Source of the DNA: Camelus ferus
Taxonomy: Eukaryota
NCBI RefSeq assembly: GCF_009834535.1
Contig: NC_045697.1
Span: 48,362,001 to 48,426,000, forward strand
Reading direction: 5' to 3'
DNA: 64,000 nucleotides
The notes under the pieces are model-generated. The model saw only the letters and a program-made list of their open reading frames with translations. It had not been told where the DNA came from and did not search any database. This document shows, one piece after another, positions 26,150-38,756 of the stretch. Positions within the stretch are counted from its first letter, which is position 1, and every line of letters starts with the position of its first letter. The position numbers and the translations under genes are program-made.

Positions 26150-27178
26150 GTGTTGCAAGTGGTGGTGTCCAGGGAGCAGACTCTGAGATGAAGTTTAGGG
26201 TGCAGGATGTTCATTAGGAAGAACCACTGAGATCACTGCCCATGGCAGGAGCAGAAGCAACCATGTTTGGGTGGAGGGAACTGAGCCACAATGCCCCACC
26301 AGAAGCAGCCTCAGTTAACCCTGTGGGGAGCCCTGGGACCAAAACGATCCATCTGGGTTGTCCTGTGTTGGACCAAAGTGACCAATCCTTCATCCATTCT
26401 CTCACCCCATCAGTCATTAGATGTGTTGCCAGAGATTAGATTCTTATCTCGTCACAGAAAGAATTCAGAGACATGGAGGTGAAGAAAGTAAAGTGAGGAT
26501 TTATTAAGGAATAGTACGCACTCAAGGGGAGAGTGGGCAGGCTTAGGTGAGCAGCTGCCCTGAGTTTCTTTGGCAAGGTGGTTACATAGAGTGTAAAATG
26601 AATAGGTGGAATATTCATTGGGGTCGTATTTCCTGATTTTGATCCCAGCTCCACCTTCCAGAGGGGAGGAGGGATTTCTGTCTTTATTTAGTCTTGATTG
26701 GAAGTGTCATGGCGTTTGTGCACTACGGGAACTTCTAATCTGCAAGGTTAGTTTTATTGTAATGAGGGTATAATGAGCAAAAGCTTACATTCAGAAACTG
26801 GAGATTCCTGCTTTTTCCCCTCTTTTTTTGTCAGCCTCCAGGACACTTGTCACCTAAATGTGTGATTTCTTATCAGCCTGCTTCTCTTTCTCTGCCCAAG
26901 GAACCCCGTTGTTCACAAGATGTATGGTTTCCTGCCATTTAGCCCATGCCTCTTTTTCTGCCCAGTTTTTGCCATTTGGCCTGCGTTCTCCTTTCTCTGC
27001 TCATATCTAGCTCTCTGCCTGCTCTAACAGATGCAGGCCCTCCTGGGCAGGGCATGACCTTGGATGAGGCTGCTCTCTGGGTGAGTTATCCCAAAGGGGC
27101 CATCAGCTGAATGCTGTGTGCCAAAAGACTTCCCAACAGCTGGGGCATCTAGGCAGCACATTTCTGTGTCCATCACAG
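26150..27178 (-). mobile_element. ERVL LTR16-like element interrupted by a younger solo LTR, itself inside a MIR
   Basis: gggagcagactctgagatg...cagtcattagatg | caggccctcctgggcagggcatgaccttgg...ccatcaca reads as one LTR16-like element across the insertion. Confidence 0.65.
26424..27029 (-). mobile_element. ERV1-type solo LTR, 606 bp
   Basis: TGTT...AACA termini, perfect 4-bp TSD gatg (26420-23 and 27030-33), AATAAA on minus at 26500-26505. Confidence 0.9.
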
Positions 27179-29244
27179 GTTGATTCATTATTGACCCCTC
27201 TATCTAGATGAAGAAACTGAGGCACACTTTAGTTAACAGCTAATCAGTTCAGATAGTGAGTGGTCAAACTAGGATCAAACCCTGATAGTTCAGCGGGAGA
27301 CTGTGTTCCTGATAACTACATCTTACTCTCGAATAAGGTGCATGTAATTGTAGCAGTGGGCTATGGCCCTCGGCATGTCCCAGTAATGATTTGAAATCCT
27401 AAATCCTTGCCTGCATGGAAGTTCACCTTTAGGAACTATGAACTGCTGCAGTCAGGAATGGGAATGGCACCATCAGGAGTGATACACTTAGAAAAATGTT
27501 GACACATGTTTTTATCCAGCACCTTGAAGGCTATAAAGGAAGCAAAATACACAGTCTCTTCTCACAAGAAGCTTAGAGTTTAGGCAAGAGGATAGACCAC
27601 AGACACGTGAAACAATTATTGGAAAAAATCCCAGAAGAGTAAATGAGTAAGTGGGAGATGATTGCTATGTTGGTTAATAGTAAAACAGGCAAAGGGCAAG
27701 CAAGCCTTTAACAAAACAGTCCTCTTTTGTTACAAAGTCCCACCCCCATGAACATGGAGTGACTATGGGCCTTGGAACCCTAGTGAGTAAAATATCAGCT
27801 ATAACCTACGTGTAAAAGGAACTAGACTTTGGGCTTTGGGAAGGGCCCACCAGCCTGAGCACAAAGACGTTTCCAGCTTTTGGTGAGGCCTCATCTTCTC
27901 TGCCACGATCCTGCCTTGGGTTTCACATTACCCTCTGTGGTTCCTGGGTAATTAAAGACATTTTAACTCTGAATCTTAGCCACGTTCCTTTACATGGGTG
28001 AGAGCACTTAAAACCTGAACAACAGGAGGATGCTGTGGTTTATTTTACCGGTATTATGAGGGGGATTGTCTTTATAAGACCTTTTCTTTTTTTATTATTT
28101 CATTCATTCAACCACTGTTTAATGAGTACCATCCACATTAGGGCAGTGGTTTAGCATTGTGGTTAAAGGCCCAGGGTTTGACAGACAAACTTGGTTTGAG
28201 TTATACCCCTGCCACTTACCAGATTTGTGTTGAAGTCCGTCTCTAATCCTCAGTTTCTTCATATGAAAAATGGGACTAATAGCAGTGCTTGTCTAATAGC
28301 ATTGTGGGAAGGACAAAATAATTCATGTAAGGTGCCTGGGACATACTACGAGAAGAGTGAGGTTATTTTTTACCAGTAACAGCCAGAGTAGGAAGAGTTT
28401 GGCCCAGATACTATGCTGGTTGCTGGAGATTCAACAATGAGCCAGAAAGACAGCCTCTGCCTTCCCAGATCAGAAGGTTAGGTGAGCAGACAAGCAAGGA
28501 AGGTATTAACTGCTAGGATAAGAAACATATAGAGAATTATGGAAATATGCAGCACTGACGACAAGAACAAAGTGAGGGAGTTCCACAAAGATTTCCTGGA
28601 AGAAAATACATTCCGACCTTTAAAAGTTGTATCATTTGCTGTAAATTGTTTGGTTCTGGATTAGACTGTAAGTTGCATGAGGGTAGTAGGGACACTGCAT
28701 GCTATGTTTGGTTTTATTTATCAAGCACTTAGTGTAGTCCCTGACACACAGAGGCACTCAAAACTGGTGGGCGAATGAGTGAATGAAGCAACTCTTAAGG
28801 TGATAGGTAGGAGTTTTCCAGATGAGGATGACAGGAAAGGTGTTCCAAGCAGATGAAAGTGTATATGAAGTCACTAGAGGGAAAGAAAGCATGATGAGTG
28901 GGAGGAGCTGAGATGCAGTCAAGCTGGAAAGCATGTGGATGTGGATGCCCTGAGAGACAAAGCAAAGAAGACCAAATCAAGTAGGGTCTTGTAAGCTGTG
29001 CTGAGTTTGAACTTGATGCTAAGGAGCCATGGGAAACCATTAAGGAGTTTAATCAAAGAAAGGATATAATTAGTGTGTGTGTTTTTAGAGTCCACTCCTT
29101 ATCCTGTCAATACACGAATAACTCAAATACATTTAAAAAAAAAAAAAAAAAGAAAAGTACAGATAAGCATAATTAGAAAAAAAAGTTGTCTGTAATCTCA
29201 CCATTCAGAGATAACCACCATTTGATAAGAAATAACAAGCAACC

Positions 29245-29730
29245 TGTCTTGGTTATCTACTGCTGTATAATAAACCACCCAAAACCTAGTGGCCTAAAAC
29301 AATGATTTATTATTTTTCAAGAGTCTATGGGTTAATTGGGATCAGCTGGGTGGTTCCTCTGCCCAGTGTGGTTTAGCTGAAGATGCTCATGCAAGCTGCA
29401 TTCAGCGGGGTGCTTAGCTGAGGCTGGAACATCCAAGATGGCTCCTCCTCCTCAAGAACGTCTCTCTGCACAGGCTCTTCTCTTTCGGTAATCCAACCTG
29501 CTGCCTTGCAGCATGGTGGCTGGCTTCCAAGAGGGATGAAAGGGAAACTGCCAGTCCTCTTGAAGCTTAGGCTTGGACACGCACTGAACTTTTCCACTGC
29601 ACATTAGCAGGCAAAACCAGGCACAAGGTCAGCTGAAGTTCAAGGGGGAGAGACTCCACTTCTAGATGGGAAGAGAAGCACGTGTGTACAGGGATGGGAG
29701 GACGTGTGGCTATTGGGAAACTACCACACA
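29245..29730. mobile_element. MaLR (MLT1-type) solo LTR
   Basis: gttatctactgctgtataataaaccacccaaaacctagtggcctaaaacaa...actaccaca, typical MLT1 ends. Confidence 0.75.
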
Positions 29731-31914
29731 ATCTGATTTGCTAATCACAAAGTCAGTAGTTGTTGACCATTTCTGGTACAAATAATCAGACAAACTCAGC
29801 TGAAAAGGGACAAATGCAAAGTACAGAGGTTTTGGCCATATAAGAATCTGCTAAGTGGATGGCTTAAGTAAGCCGACCCATGGCACACTTGCAGGGGAAA
29901 GTGGGAAGCAGGCAGGGAACATCAGTAAAACCTAGTGTGAAATGAAAGGAATTGAAGGAAAAACGCAGACCCTAGACAAAGAAAATGGTTAAAATTGTCA
30001 TGAGAAGTGTTCTACAACCAATGCCTCTATACTTAACCTAAGTATTAACTGGTGATCAAGACACGTTGTTTGTCCAGTCTCACTTCCTGAGGGTCGGATG
30101 GGCAGGGACCACGGGATCAGGGAGAGCCACACTTCAGCATGCACATGGCACATGGCAGAAGCAGCAAAGCATGCACACCACATCCTAGGAAATGACAGAA
30201 TCAAAGCCTGAAGAGCCAAATCAAGGAGCAAGTATGAGACCAAAATGTAGCCTTCTCCTCACCGCTGCTGTGAATGGGGCAGGAGGCTTGATTCTCAATT
30301 TTATTTATCACAGTTATGGGAAAGCCATGTGGTTGAATGGCCCAAGGGCAAAATCAGGCTCTTGGACTTGTCTGTGAGTTTACTAATAATGCCTAAAGAG
30401 AAAGGACAGTGCCTCTCAATTCCCACCTGTCTTCCTCATCCCCACTGCCATTGCCTTGGTTCAGTCCTTCATTATCTCTTGGATTTTTGCAGGACTCCTG
30501 ACTGGTCTCCCCATTCCGTTATTCATCTCCACCTGCTCCATTCCACCTTCCACAGAGCTGCCAGTTACTTTCTTAACACACGTTTTCCAGCTCTGGGAAA
30601 AGGTAAGGAAAAAAAAAAAAAAAGAAGACCAGAGAAAGGTGCAGTGTTCTGATTAGGAAGAGATTTCTAGGTCCTGATATACTCTCTTGAGAGGTACTTA
30701 ATGAACAATTTTTCAGGAGGGATATAATCAAATTTGCATATTTTAACGGATTTGCATATTTTAGAAGGATACCCAAGAGGATCGGGGTAAGCCTGGAGAC
30801 TGAGAGATTATTAGGACATTGCAGTGACCCTGCTGATAAGAGTACAGGTCCGACCGAAGCCAGTGGCACAGAGTAGACATACAGTGTGAATGATAATTGG
30901 TGACCTCCAGACAGGAGACAGCAGGCAAGAGGCAATGAGGGTATCACCTAAGCTTCCACCTTGAGTAGACGGAATGCCTATTCACCAAAATAACAAACGA
31001 AGAGCAGGTTTGGGAATATTCAGAACTTTGAGAATAATCAGTGAGATGGCTAGCTGTGAATACACAGGTTGGGAGCTCAGTAAAGAGCTCTAAATATATG
31101 GAAAACCAGAAAGGGGAACAGATCAAGTCACGTGTGGACAGATTCACACAAAAAATCATCTAGTAAGAAAAGCAATAAAATCCTAGAACTGAAGAGGGTT
31201 CAAGACTTGGAAAGCCACAAATAGCTTGTGCATCTCAACAAATCAAAATCTGAAAGCAGAATATATTGTCTACCGTTTGCCAATATTACTCAGTAAGAGA
31301 GGGAGGACCGTTTGGATTCTCCACTAGGAGGGTAGGAAAACACCCTTATCTCCGGGGAGAAGAGGAGTTACATGAAAACCATATTCAGTGTATCTTATTT
31401 TCTACCTAACTAGAGAAAATAAAGGTCTCCAAAAACCAAACTAGATGGAGAAACCATGCCAAAAAAAAAAAAAAAAGTCACTACTTGCAAAACAAGCCTG
31501 AGGCTGGCAAGGTCCAGAGCTCACTGCCCGAGTGCCTGGTCAGTAAGCAACCTTCTGAGAATTTGGCTTGTCTGCAGAGACTGTGCTAACCTACCAGCCT
31601 GACTATTCTGGTCTACTTGACACCTGCTGGCTTTCACCATAAACTAACAGGCATTTGGGTTAATATGACACTCTTCTGTTTCATTTGAGTCCAGAGAGAG
31701 GTCAACTCTCAAGTGACAGATTCACTTTCAGTATCTTCAAGGCTAAGGGCCAAACTGGTGAGGAAATATTACCTAGGGGACTTCTGCAACCAAAGAGAGG
31801 GCTTATCCTGGAGACACTCCAGCCTCACTTCAAGCCTTCTCACTGAAATATATATAACAAGCACTTTTTCTTTTTCACCAAAAAAATTAAAAATTAAGAA
31901 GTAATTGCAAACAA

Positions 31915-33236
31915 GGAGTACAATTCATTAGTATTTTTATTTTGAGCTGTATCTATTATTATCTCAAAAAGATCCACTTCAGAAAACATCCAATGGCTGT
32001 TGACTTACCAGAGAAAAAGTAAGTCATCACTACGATTTATAATACAGAATACACAATAAGTTATATTTACATGCAATGACTAGACTATCACACATAGTAA
32101 AAAAATAACAGTATTTTTATGTACATTTTTAAAGATTTACATTTTCATATACAGTTTATAAAGTTAAAAAAAATTCTCTGTACAAAATCTCATGTGCACA
32201 GAGTTTATAAATCCCTATTCCTATGGCTGTACCACCACACAGATATGCTTAAAACTATAACACTACAAACACTTAAGTTTTTTTTTTTACACTTCATATT
32301 CAGTCTTGGCACCCATATACTAATACCATTATTTCTGAAATGTGAATTACAAAGGAAATAAACTGTAATCATGCAGACCTTTTTAATATAAGAAAATGAG
32401 ATAAAATGTGCTACCAGACCAACATTTATCAATTTCATAGTTACCTAATTCTGTTCAGCCTCCTGCACTGCTCTCATACAGGTACATGCAAAACCAGCAG
32501 ATCATGGACTGTTTTTAAAACATTAAAATAATACTATAGTCTGACAACACTTAGGCATTAGGAATGCAACTGTCTAACAACCTTATTAGCCTGTTGCTTA
32601 TTTCCGCTTTGGCAGAAACCTCAAAGTTAAGACATTACATACTAAAAGTCACAGAAATGTCAATATTGTAATTCCTAAGTTTATAAAGTCTGCGTCAGAG
32701 AGTACATTGATCACTTAAAAAACAAAAAAATCACCAAAAAGGTGTTTGACATTTTAAGAGTATATTCTCTGTTCTGAGAGTGGGGGGAGGGGGAGATCTA
32801 AGATAAACCAGTAAAGGATTACCCATTGTCCCTGCTAAGGAAGCACCTGCACACTCCCCGTCTGTTTAAAGACACCTGAAGGCTTTATAAAAAGTTTAAC
32901 TACATTATTCATCTTTAAAAATCTTCTCAAAAAGTAGTAAGTTGAAGGTATCAGCACCTTCCCTCCTCCCCCAAGTAGCTAAAGATCAATGAGAAAAATA
33001 AAGTGCCAATGTCTAAAGTACTGTTAACTGTTTAAGAGGCACTAACCCATTTGATGGCTTAGGATTAAATATGAAAATAGGCCAGATCCAATCTGAGTAA
33101 TAAATAGAAGGTAGGTATTCCAGGCTATGCAATTCCTGCCTAGATGGGAGCTGGACCAGGAAACCACCGACTACCCCATTTATTGCTTTGAAACTGGTAC
33201 ACACACTTTAAATTCGGACCCAGAATGGTTAGATCT
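31915..33236 (-). other. CCNG2: CCNG2 3'UTR
   Basis: AT-rich stretch without recognisable repeats after the stop codon, ending near AATAAA (minus) at 31936-31941. Confidence 0.7.
31936..31941 (-). terminator. Distal polyadenylation signal AATAAA of CCNG2
   Basis: tttatt on plus; the minus strand continues into a GT/T-rich stretch (tgtactccttgtttgc). Confidence 0.65.
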
Positions 33237-33360
33237 CTAAGACGGAAAGCCCAGAGTCTGAGCCACTTTGAGGCTGAAGAAGAAAGCGCACTCCTGCTCC
33301 CGTTGAGGGGAGCTGCCGAGGCTCTCCTCCCCACAACTCATATCTTCACAGGAGTCCTCA
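33237..33360 (-). CDS. CCNG2: Cyclin G2 last coding exon; SEDSCEDMSCGEESLGSSPQREQECAFFFSLKVAQTLGFPS* (PEST-rich tail)
   Basis: Pyrimidine-rich acceptor ttccctttag; TAG at 33237-33239. Exon lengths sum to 1035 nt = 344 aa, the length I recall for cyclin G2. Confidence 0.95.
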
Positions 33361-34487
33361 CTAAAGGGAAAAAGAAAAAGAAGAGGACCCCGTTATCTAA
33401 AATACACTTACATGTTGTACAGGCAGAATAAAACTGCTCAACAAGTATCTCCAGTCTCAGGATTTTTACATTCAAAATTTAAGCTTTACAGAGATAATAT
33501 TTAACTTACAAAGACTTCCTAAAGTGAAGTCTATTGTCATCTCCTTAGAAAATAGACTTAAGAGGTTTAAACAAATTACCATTTACCAAACTATTATTCT
33601 TGTACCAATTAATGACTATCAGCAGCTAACTGTAGAAGTCTAAGTATTTTAAATTCAATAAATGCAGACTAATGACAAAGATCTCCTACCATATGGTTTT
33701 GATGTCTTTCTTGCATCAGTTCAATAACTATATCACTGATATTCTCAAATAACAGACCAAGAAACCAACAAGCTATGAAAATGGAACTTCTACTCCCTTA
33801 TCCCTATAGCATAGAACAAATTTAATAAAAATAAATAATTAATTTTACTCAACAAAATAAACTCTGAATAAGACAATGGCATTTGGCAAACCTAAACATA
33901 TCTATAAAAGTCTACCAAGATGGTGGTAGTAGTTCCCTTTATTTTCCAGTCATTTAACCCGCAGCCTCTTGCCACAGTAACATAATAGGAATTCATACTG
34001 TTTAAAAGCCCAGAATGCTGTTTCAGTTGATGTTGTTTTTAACTAAACTGTATTTCAAAGACCAAAGGAGATGGCAAATAACCAGTTTTTAAAGGGGGGA
34101 GGAGTGAAGTGAGTCAGAGAAAGACAAACACTGTATCTCATACTGTATGTGGAATCAAAAACCAAAAAAACAGAACCCATAGATGCACAGAACAGACGGG
34201 TGGTTGCAGGGGGCAAGGGTGCAGGGGGAGGTGGCCAAAAGGACAAACTTCCAGTTATAAGCCCTGGGGAGGAAATGATGTACAGGATGCTGGGCTTTGT
34301 TTGTTTGTTTTTAATAAAGAAAAACAGTGGGGAAGTACACTTCCAAATTATTAAGTATTTTAATAAAACTACTTCTGGTTAATTCTGTCACCTGAAGAAA
34401 TAATGCTGTTAGAGGTAGGGGCTCTGATATACAAAAATCAGTAACATTTAGTCTGGCTGAGTCTAAGTAGTCAAGGAGCCTTCTTAC

Positions 34488-34693
34488 CTTTCACTTTCAT
34501 CAAAACAACCCCCCTCCGGGATGGTCGGCAGCTCAGGAACACTGTAGTAGCTATTGTGGAGGTTCTGGGCTGTGCGCCTTGAGACTATCCAAACCAACTT
34601 CTTAAGATCTGGTTTGCAACATTCAGGAGAAGAATATTCGGCTAGGCATTTAGAAACTAACTCCCTCCAGTAAATGAACTCAGAGTCATTAAC
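34488..34693 (-). CDS. CCNG2: Cyclin G2 exon 7; VNDSEFIYWRELVSKCLAEYSSPECCKPDLKKLVWIVSRRTAQNLHNSYYSVPELPTIPEGGCFDESE
   Basis: Acceptor ttttttcag, donor AG|gtaaga; 206 nt; contains the G-cyclin motifs KLVWIVSRRTA and ELPTIPE. Confidence 0.95.
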
Positions 34694-34726
34694 CTGAAAA
34701 AAACATTTAAATGAACAGATTATGAC

Positions 34727-34903
34727 AGTGGTTCCTAAAACTTGCTGTACCTTTCAATCACCCTGTGAGCATTAAAAATAGTGATGCTTGGCTCCCACCC
34801 CGAGATAGTCTTACTTAATTGATATGGGGTGTGATCTGGGCATCAAGAATTTTTAAAGCTCCCCAGGTAAGTCTGATGTGCAGTCAAAATTTGGTAACCA
34901 CTA
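34727..34903. mobile_element. MER5A (hAT-Charlie MITE) in CCNG2 intron 6
   Basis: cagtggttcctaaaacttgctg...ttttaaagctccccaggt...ggtaaccacta. Confidence 0.75.
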
Positions 34904-36698
34904 CTTTAGGGGAGGAGCAACATAGGTAATAAAAAATGTACGTAGGATTCAATACATAGAATGCTCTGCCTATTTTAAGAAAACACACGGACCTAAAAAC
35001 ACTAGGTCTGTTAATGAATCAGTTATCAAGTATATTCTCTGATAGTCTCAATGCAAAGGAATTCAACACAATTTAGGTTTCTGTAACAGTATTATTCAGA
35101 TGGCTACGTATTTACATTAAGACACCAGATATCTGCAAATGGAGAAGTTAGCAACATGAGAGAAGAGGAATTTCCCCAGAAGGGCACAGTTCCTCCACCA
35201 CTGGGGAGTACCCAAATTTATTTCAAGGAATCGTCACTGAAGATGTTTCCAAGTAACGTTATTATAAAGGTTTATATTCAAATTAATAAACTCATGGTTA
35301 AACAAAAGTTGGAAGTTACCTGTTAAAACCAAATGCTTCACAATGCATGTACCTGCACCACAAACAGATGATTTTATATCATTTGGCCTCCATTTCCACC
35401 TAATCCAGCTACGTATTAATTCCCGTGCGATCTGGCTTCTACCACTCCTTATTCTCCGGACATCACCTACCAGTTCTCATTATACCGGGCCTTTCATCAA
35501 AATTCAATACTCCTGACCACCTCCTACTAGAAAACTTCTTTCCAACCTGACAGTGCTTGTATATCTGTCTAGTGTACCTTCCTTTAGTTGGGTCCTTATG
35601 GGGAAACTGCCAATGCTGAAAACACAGAGATTTAACTGACCCCTAAGCAAAGGACTCTCACAAATCTCTTATGGCTTCAACTATTATTTCCTCATCAGAA
35701 ATTTCTAATCTCAATCTCCAACTATGATTTGCCTTCTGAGTTTTTATTCCAGATTGCCAAATATCTGCTAGACATCTCCCTATCTGAAAGGTACACAAGG
35801 ACCTAACATCATACTTTTTTGATCACAAATTAATTTCTCTCAAATCTCCCTCCATCATTAGGTCCAAATCTGGTCATTCGTAACTCCTTGCCTCATTTTC
35901 ACGCTTGGCTTCCAAACCCACTGAGCTGGATATCCTTAACCCTGCCTGCGATTTCACCTAGACATTCTATCTTCAAACCTACTCTCAATGACTCTCCCAA
36001 CTTCCTGCTCGTAAGCCTTTGCTGCCCAAACTTTCACTTTTGGTACAACCAGGCTCCCAGTCATCGTGCCTCTCGCGTTCTATCCTACTTTTCTGCTAGC
36101 AAAACCCTGAAGTACTCCCTATGTTCAGAGACAAAGACCATACAGCACTGCCACACAGAATTAATAAATGACAGAACTCCCTGCCTCATATTAAGTTCCA
36201 TACTTCTCCAACTGGACTATTAGCTTAAGAAAAAGAACTATGCTTTCGTTTGTTTTACACCTCGTTACAACTGAAAAAAAAATTTATTGGGCTGGCCTGA
36301 TGAAGGAGTTTAAAAAGAAAAACATAACTGATGTTATTTTGGTAACACTACTAATGGGACGATGACTCAGTCCTACAGATGCAATAGGGTGCCATTAGTG
36401 TTATTTACTAAGTCTACCTCTTAGTACGCATTTTAGAACAATGTGCACGGGGCAATGTAGACCGCTGTCATTATCAACTAGCAAGAATACTACACAAGGG
36501 ACACCTGAATGTAAAAAGAAGCCAGGCTGTGACTAATTCCCTTCCAGCTTAATACTGTCTGGATCAAAGCTGCATTTTGAGAACATCAACACTTAAGAAC
36601 CTCACAAAGTGTTACTTAATGTTTAAGGGACCACAGAAAAAAATAAAACAACACTAGGAAGAAATTTGCTTTAAAGATTAAGAACTGAAGATACTTAC

Positions 36699-36797
36699 CT
36701 TGGAATGTTTTTTAACAAGCAAGAGAATTTCCAATAATTCAATGGATTTCAAAGATTCTACTTCCAAATTGAGAAGGCACAAAGCTAATATAGATGG
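36699..36797 (-). CDS. CCNG2: Cyclin G2 exon 6; PSILALCLLNLEVESLKSIELLEILLLVKKHSK
   Basis: Acceptor ttttttgtag, donor AAG|gtaagt; 99 nt; follows an 82-nt intron. Confidence 0.95.
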
Positions 36798-36879
36798 CTA
36801 CAAAAAAAAGTTAAGAAAAGTAAGTATTTTTTTTAATTCAAAACAGAAACTGAGTGAGATAAGCAAGGAACTGACTTAC

Positions 36880-36958
36880 TTTTGCTTTTGAAAAGGTAAG
36901 TCGGCAGCTGCAAGCTTTCAGCTGAGCTTCCAGTTTGTCAAGACTCAGTATTTCTTTC
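36880..36958 (-). CDS. CCNG2: Cyclin G2 exon 5; (R)KEILSLDKLEAQLKACSCRLTFSKAK
   Basis: Translated by hand. Acceptor tcatatag, donor AAA|gtaagt; 79 nt completes the phase-2 junction from exon 4. Confidence 0.95.
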
Positions 36959-37170
36959 CTATATGATGAAAAGAAAGGATGAATATTTATTTATTAAACT
37001 TCTAAAGATTTAAACAATTTTAAATACTTGTCAAAGAAAAAAAAATTTGTCACCAAAAGTCCAAGTTTAAGGTCGGGAGGGTATAAAAATGTAAATTTCA
37101 TCAGCATTCTAAGTCTTTGTTACTTATGGCAATGCAAAAATACATAATTTTAATTTATAACCCCACTGAC

Positions 37171-37421
37171 CTTTCTGAAGTATGACAAAGTACTATAGTA
37201 TGGTATAAGTGCAAAAAGTGTAAGGCAGTAGTAGCTTCCATTTCATAGTGCAATTTTTCCGAAATTATTTTTTCCATCCGTTTTATGTCAGAAGCAGTAC
37301 ATTTACACTGACTAATCCGGATTACATCATGAGTGGATGGGACATTGCATTCTTCTTCAACTATTCTAGCAGCCAGCAGAAAACAACAGACTCCAATGCA
37401 AGACAAATGTTTAGGTTTCAC
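37171..37421 (-). CDS. CCNG2: Cyclin G2 exon 4; VKPKHLSCIG...LCHTSE(R)
   Basis: Acceptor gttttccag, donor AG|gtcagt; 251 nt; corresponds to ORF 37155..37535. Confidence 0.97.
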
Positions 37422-38503
37422 CTGGAAAACAAAGAACAAAAGGCTTCTTCCAACAATTGTCCCTTTGATTTGGCAAAGCAGATACTTGAAAGAATATTGT
37501 AATGAGCCCCTACTCCTAAAACAGAATACAATCAAGCTGCTTCCCTGCTTTTACCTTTACACACAATACTTAATTGCTTTTACATTTTAAACTGTCTTAA
37601 CCTACCTTTAGAAAAACAAAAGACATTTTGAGCATTTACATTATTTAATTTTAAATGCAGGTAAAAAATTTAAATGCAAGTTCAAAAGCTAGGTTTCTAA
37701 TACTGCATTATATACTCTGTATTTCAAACTTATGAAATACAAAATAGTACAACCCCCCCCCCAGAATAAATCAAGCCTTTGAACACCAAGAAAATATACT
37801 TCTTTGGATATAAAAATAATACATTCTACTTATCTTTTTATCTTATCTATTTAAGAATCATCCCCTACTTCAATGCAAATTTCCCCAAAGAGATATTGCA
37901 TCAGATGTGCAGAGTGGAGCATATGTAAAAGCTACCATGGACAGATGGCTGCCCTTTTCTTTTCAGTGCCCTGAAAACTGACCCAGCAGCTGACAGCAAT
38001 CCTACTGGCAGAAGAATCACCACATTTTTCTAACAGTTGCTGATAACTGTGGTCCCCTGCTTTGAAAAGGCTCCTCATAGGGAAGGCAATAGGTCACCTT
38101 GAATACAGTGCTATACTTCCATTTGTCATATAAAACAAAAACACCTAGGTTTAAAAACACCTAGGTTCAACAGAAACATAATGGGAGATGAAAATGGAAA
38201 ACCTTATTTTGAGAACTGCATATATAGAGAATACCTAAAAAACAGGAATCTTTTTTGCTGCAGCTTCAACAAGAAGGGATATAAAGAGGTTCAGCAAAAC
38301 CTAATTTAAGATACAACAATACACTTAACTTTTGTGGTCTCTTAATCTGGACTAAAGCTCACAATTCCAATTATTAAAAATGTTCATGTATGGTGACATT
38401 GTTACATTCATTTGCCAAATATTTTTTGAAGCTTTGTATGCTAGGCATTGTGCTAGGCACTGGATATAAAAAAAAATCATTTTATATAAAAATGATCAAA
38501 TAC

Positions 38504-38641
38504 CTTCATAAGAGCCAAGAATCTGTCCAAAATATTGACAGCCAGGACAAAAGTTTCAGTGCAAGATCCAAAAAAGTTGGTTAAACTCCTTAAATCTTCT
38601 ACTTTGGCATTTCTCAATCTTGGACACAAAGTGTTATCATT
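38504..38641 (-). CDS. CCNG2: Cyclin G2 exon 3; NDNTLCPRLR...ILDRFLALMK (start of cyclin box)
   Basis: Acceptor ttattgcag, donor AAG|gtattt; 138 nt; contains the cyclin-box motif LAVNILDRFL. Confidence 0.97.
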
Positions 38642-38756
38642 CTGCAATAAAAACCAAGAGCCAATGATTATGACTGTCTTAGAACTAGATGAATAATACA
38701 CACAGATTCAAGTAAGGTAGTATTTTTCCTTTAATCTTCAAGAAAACGGGAGAAAA

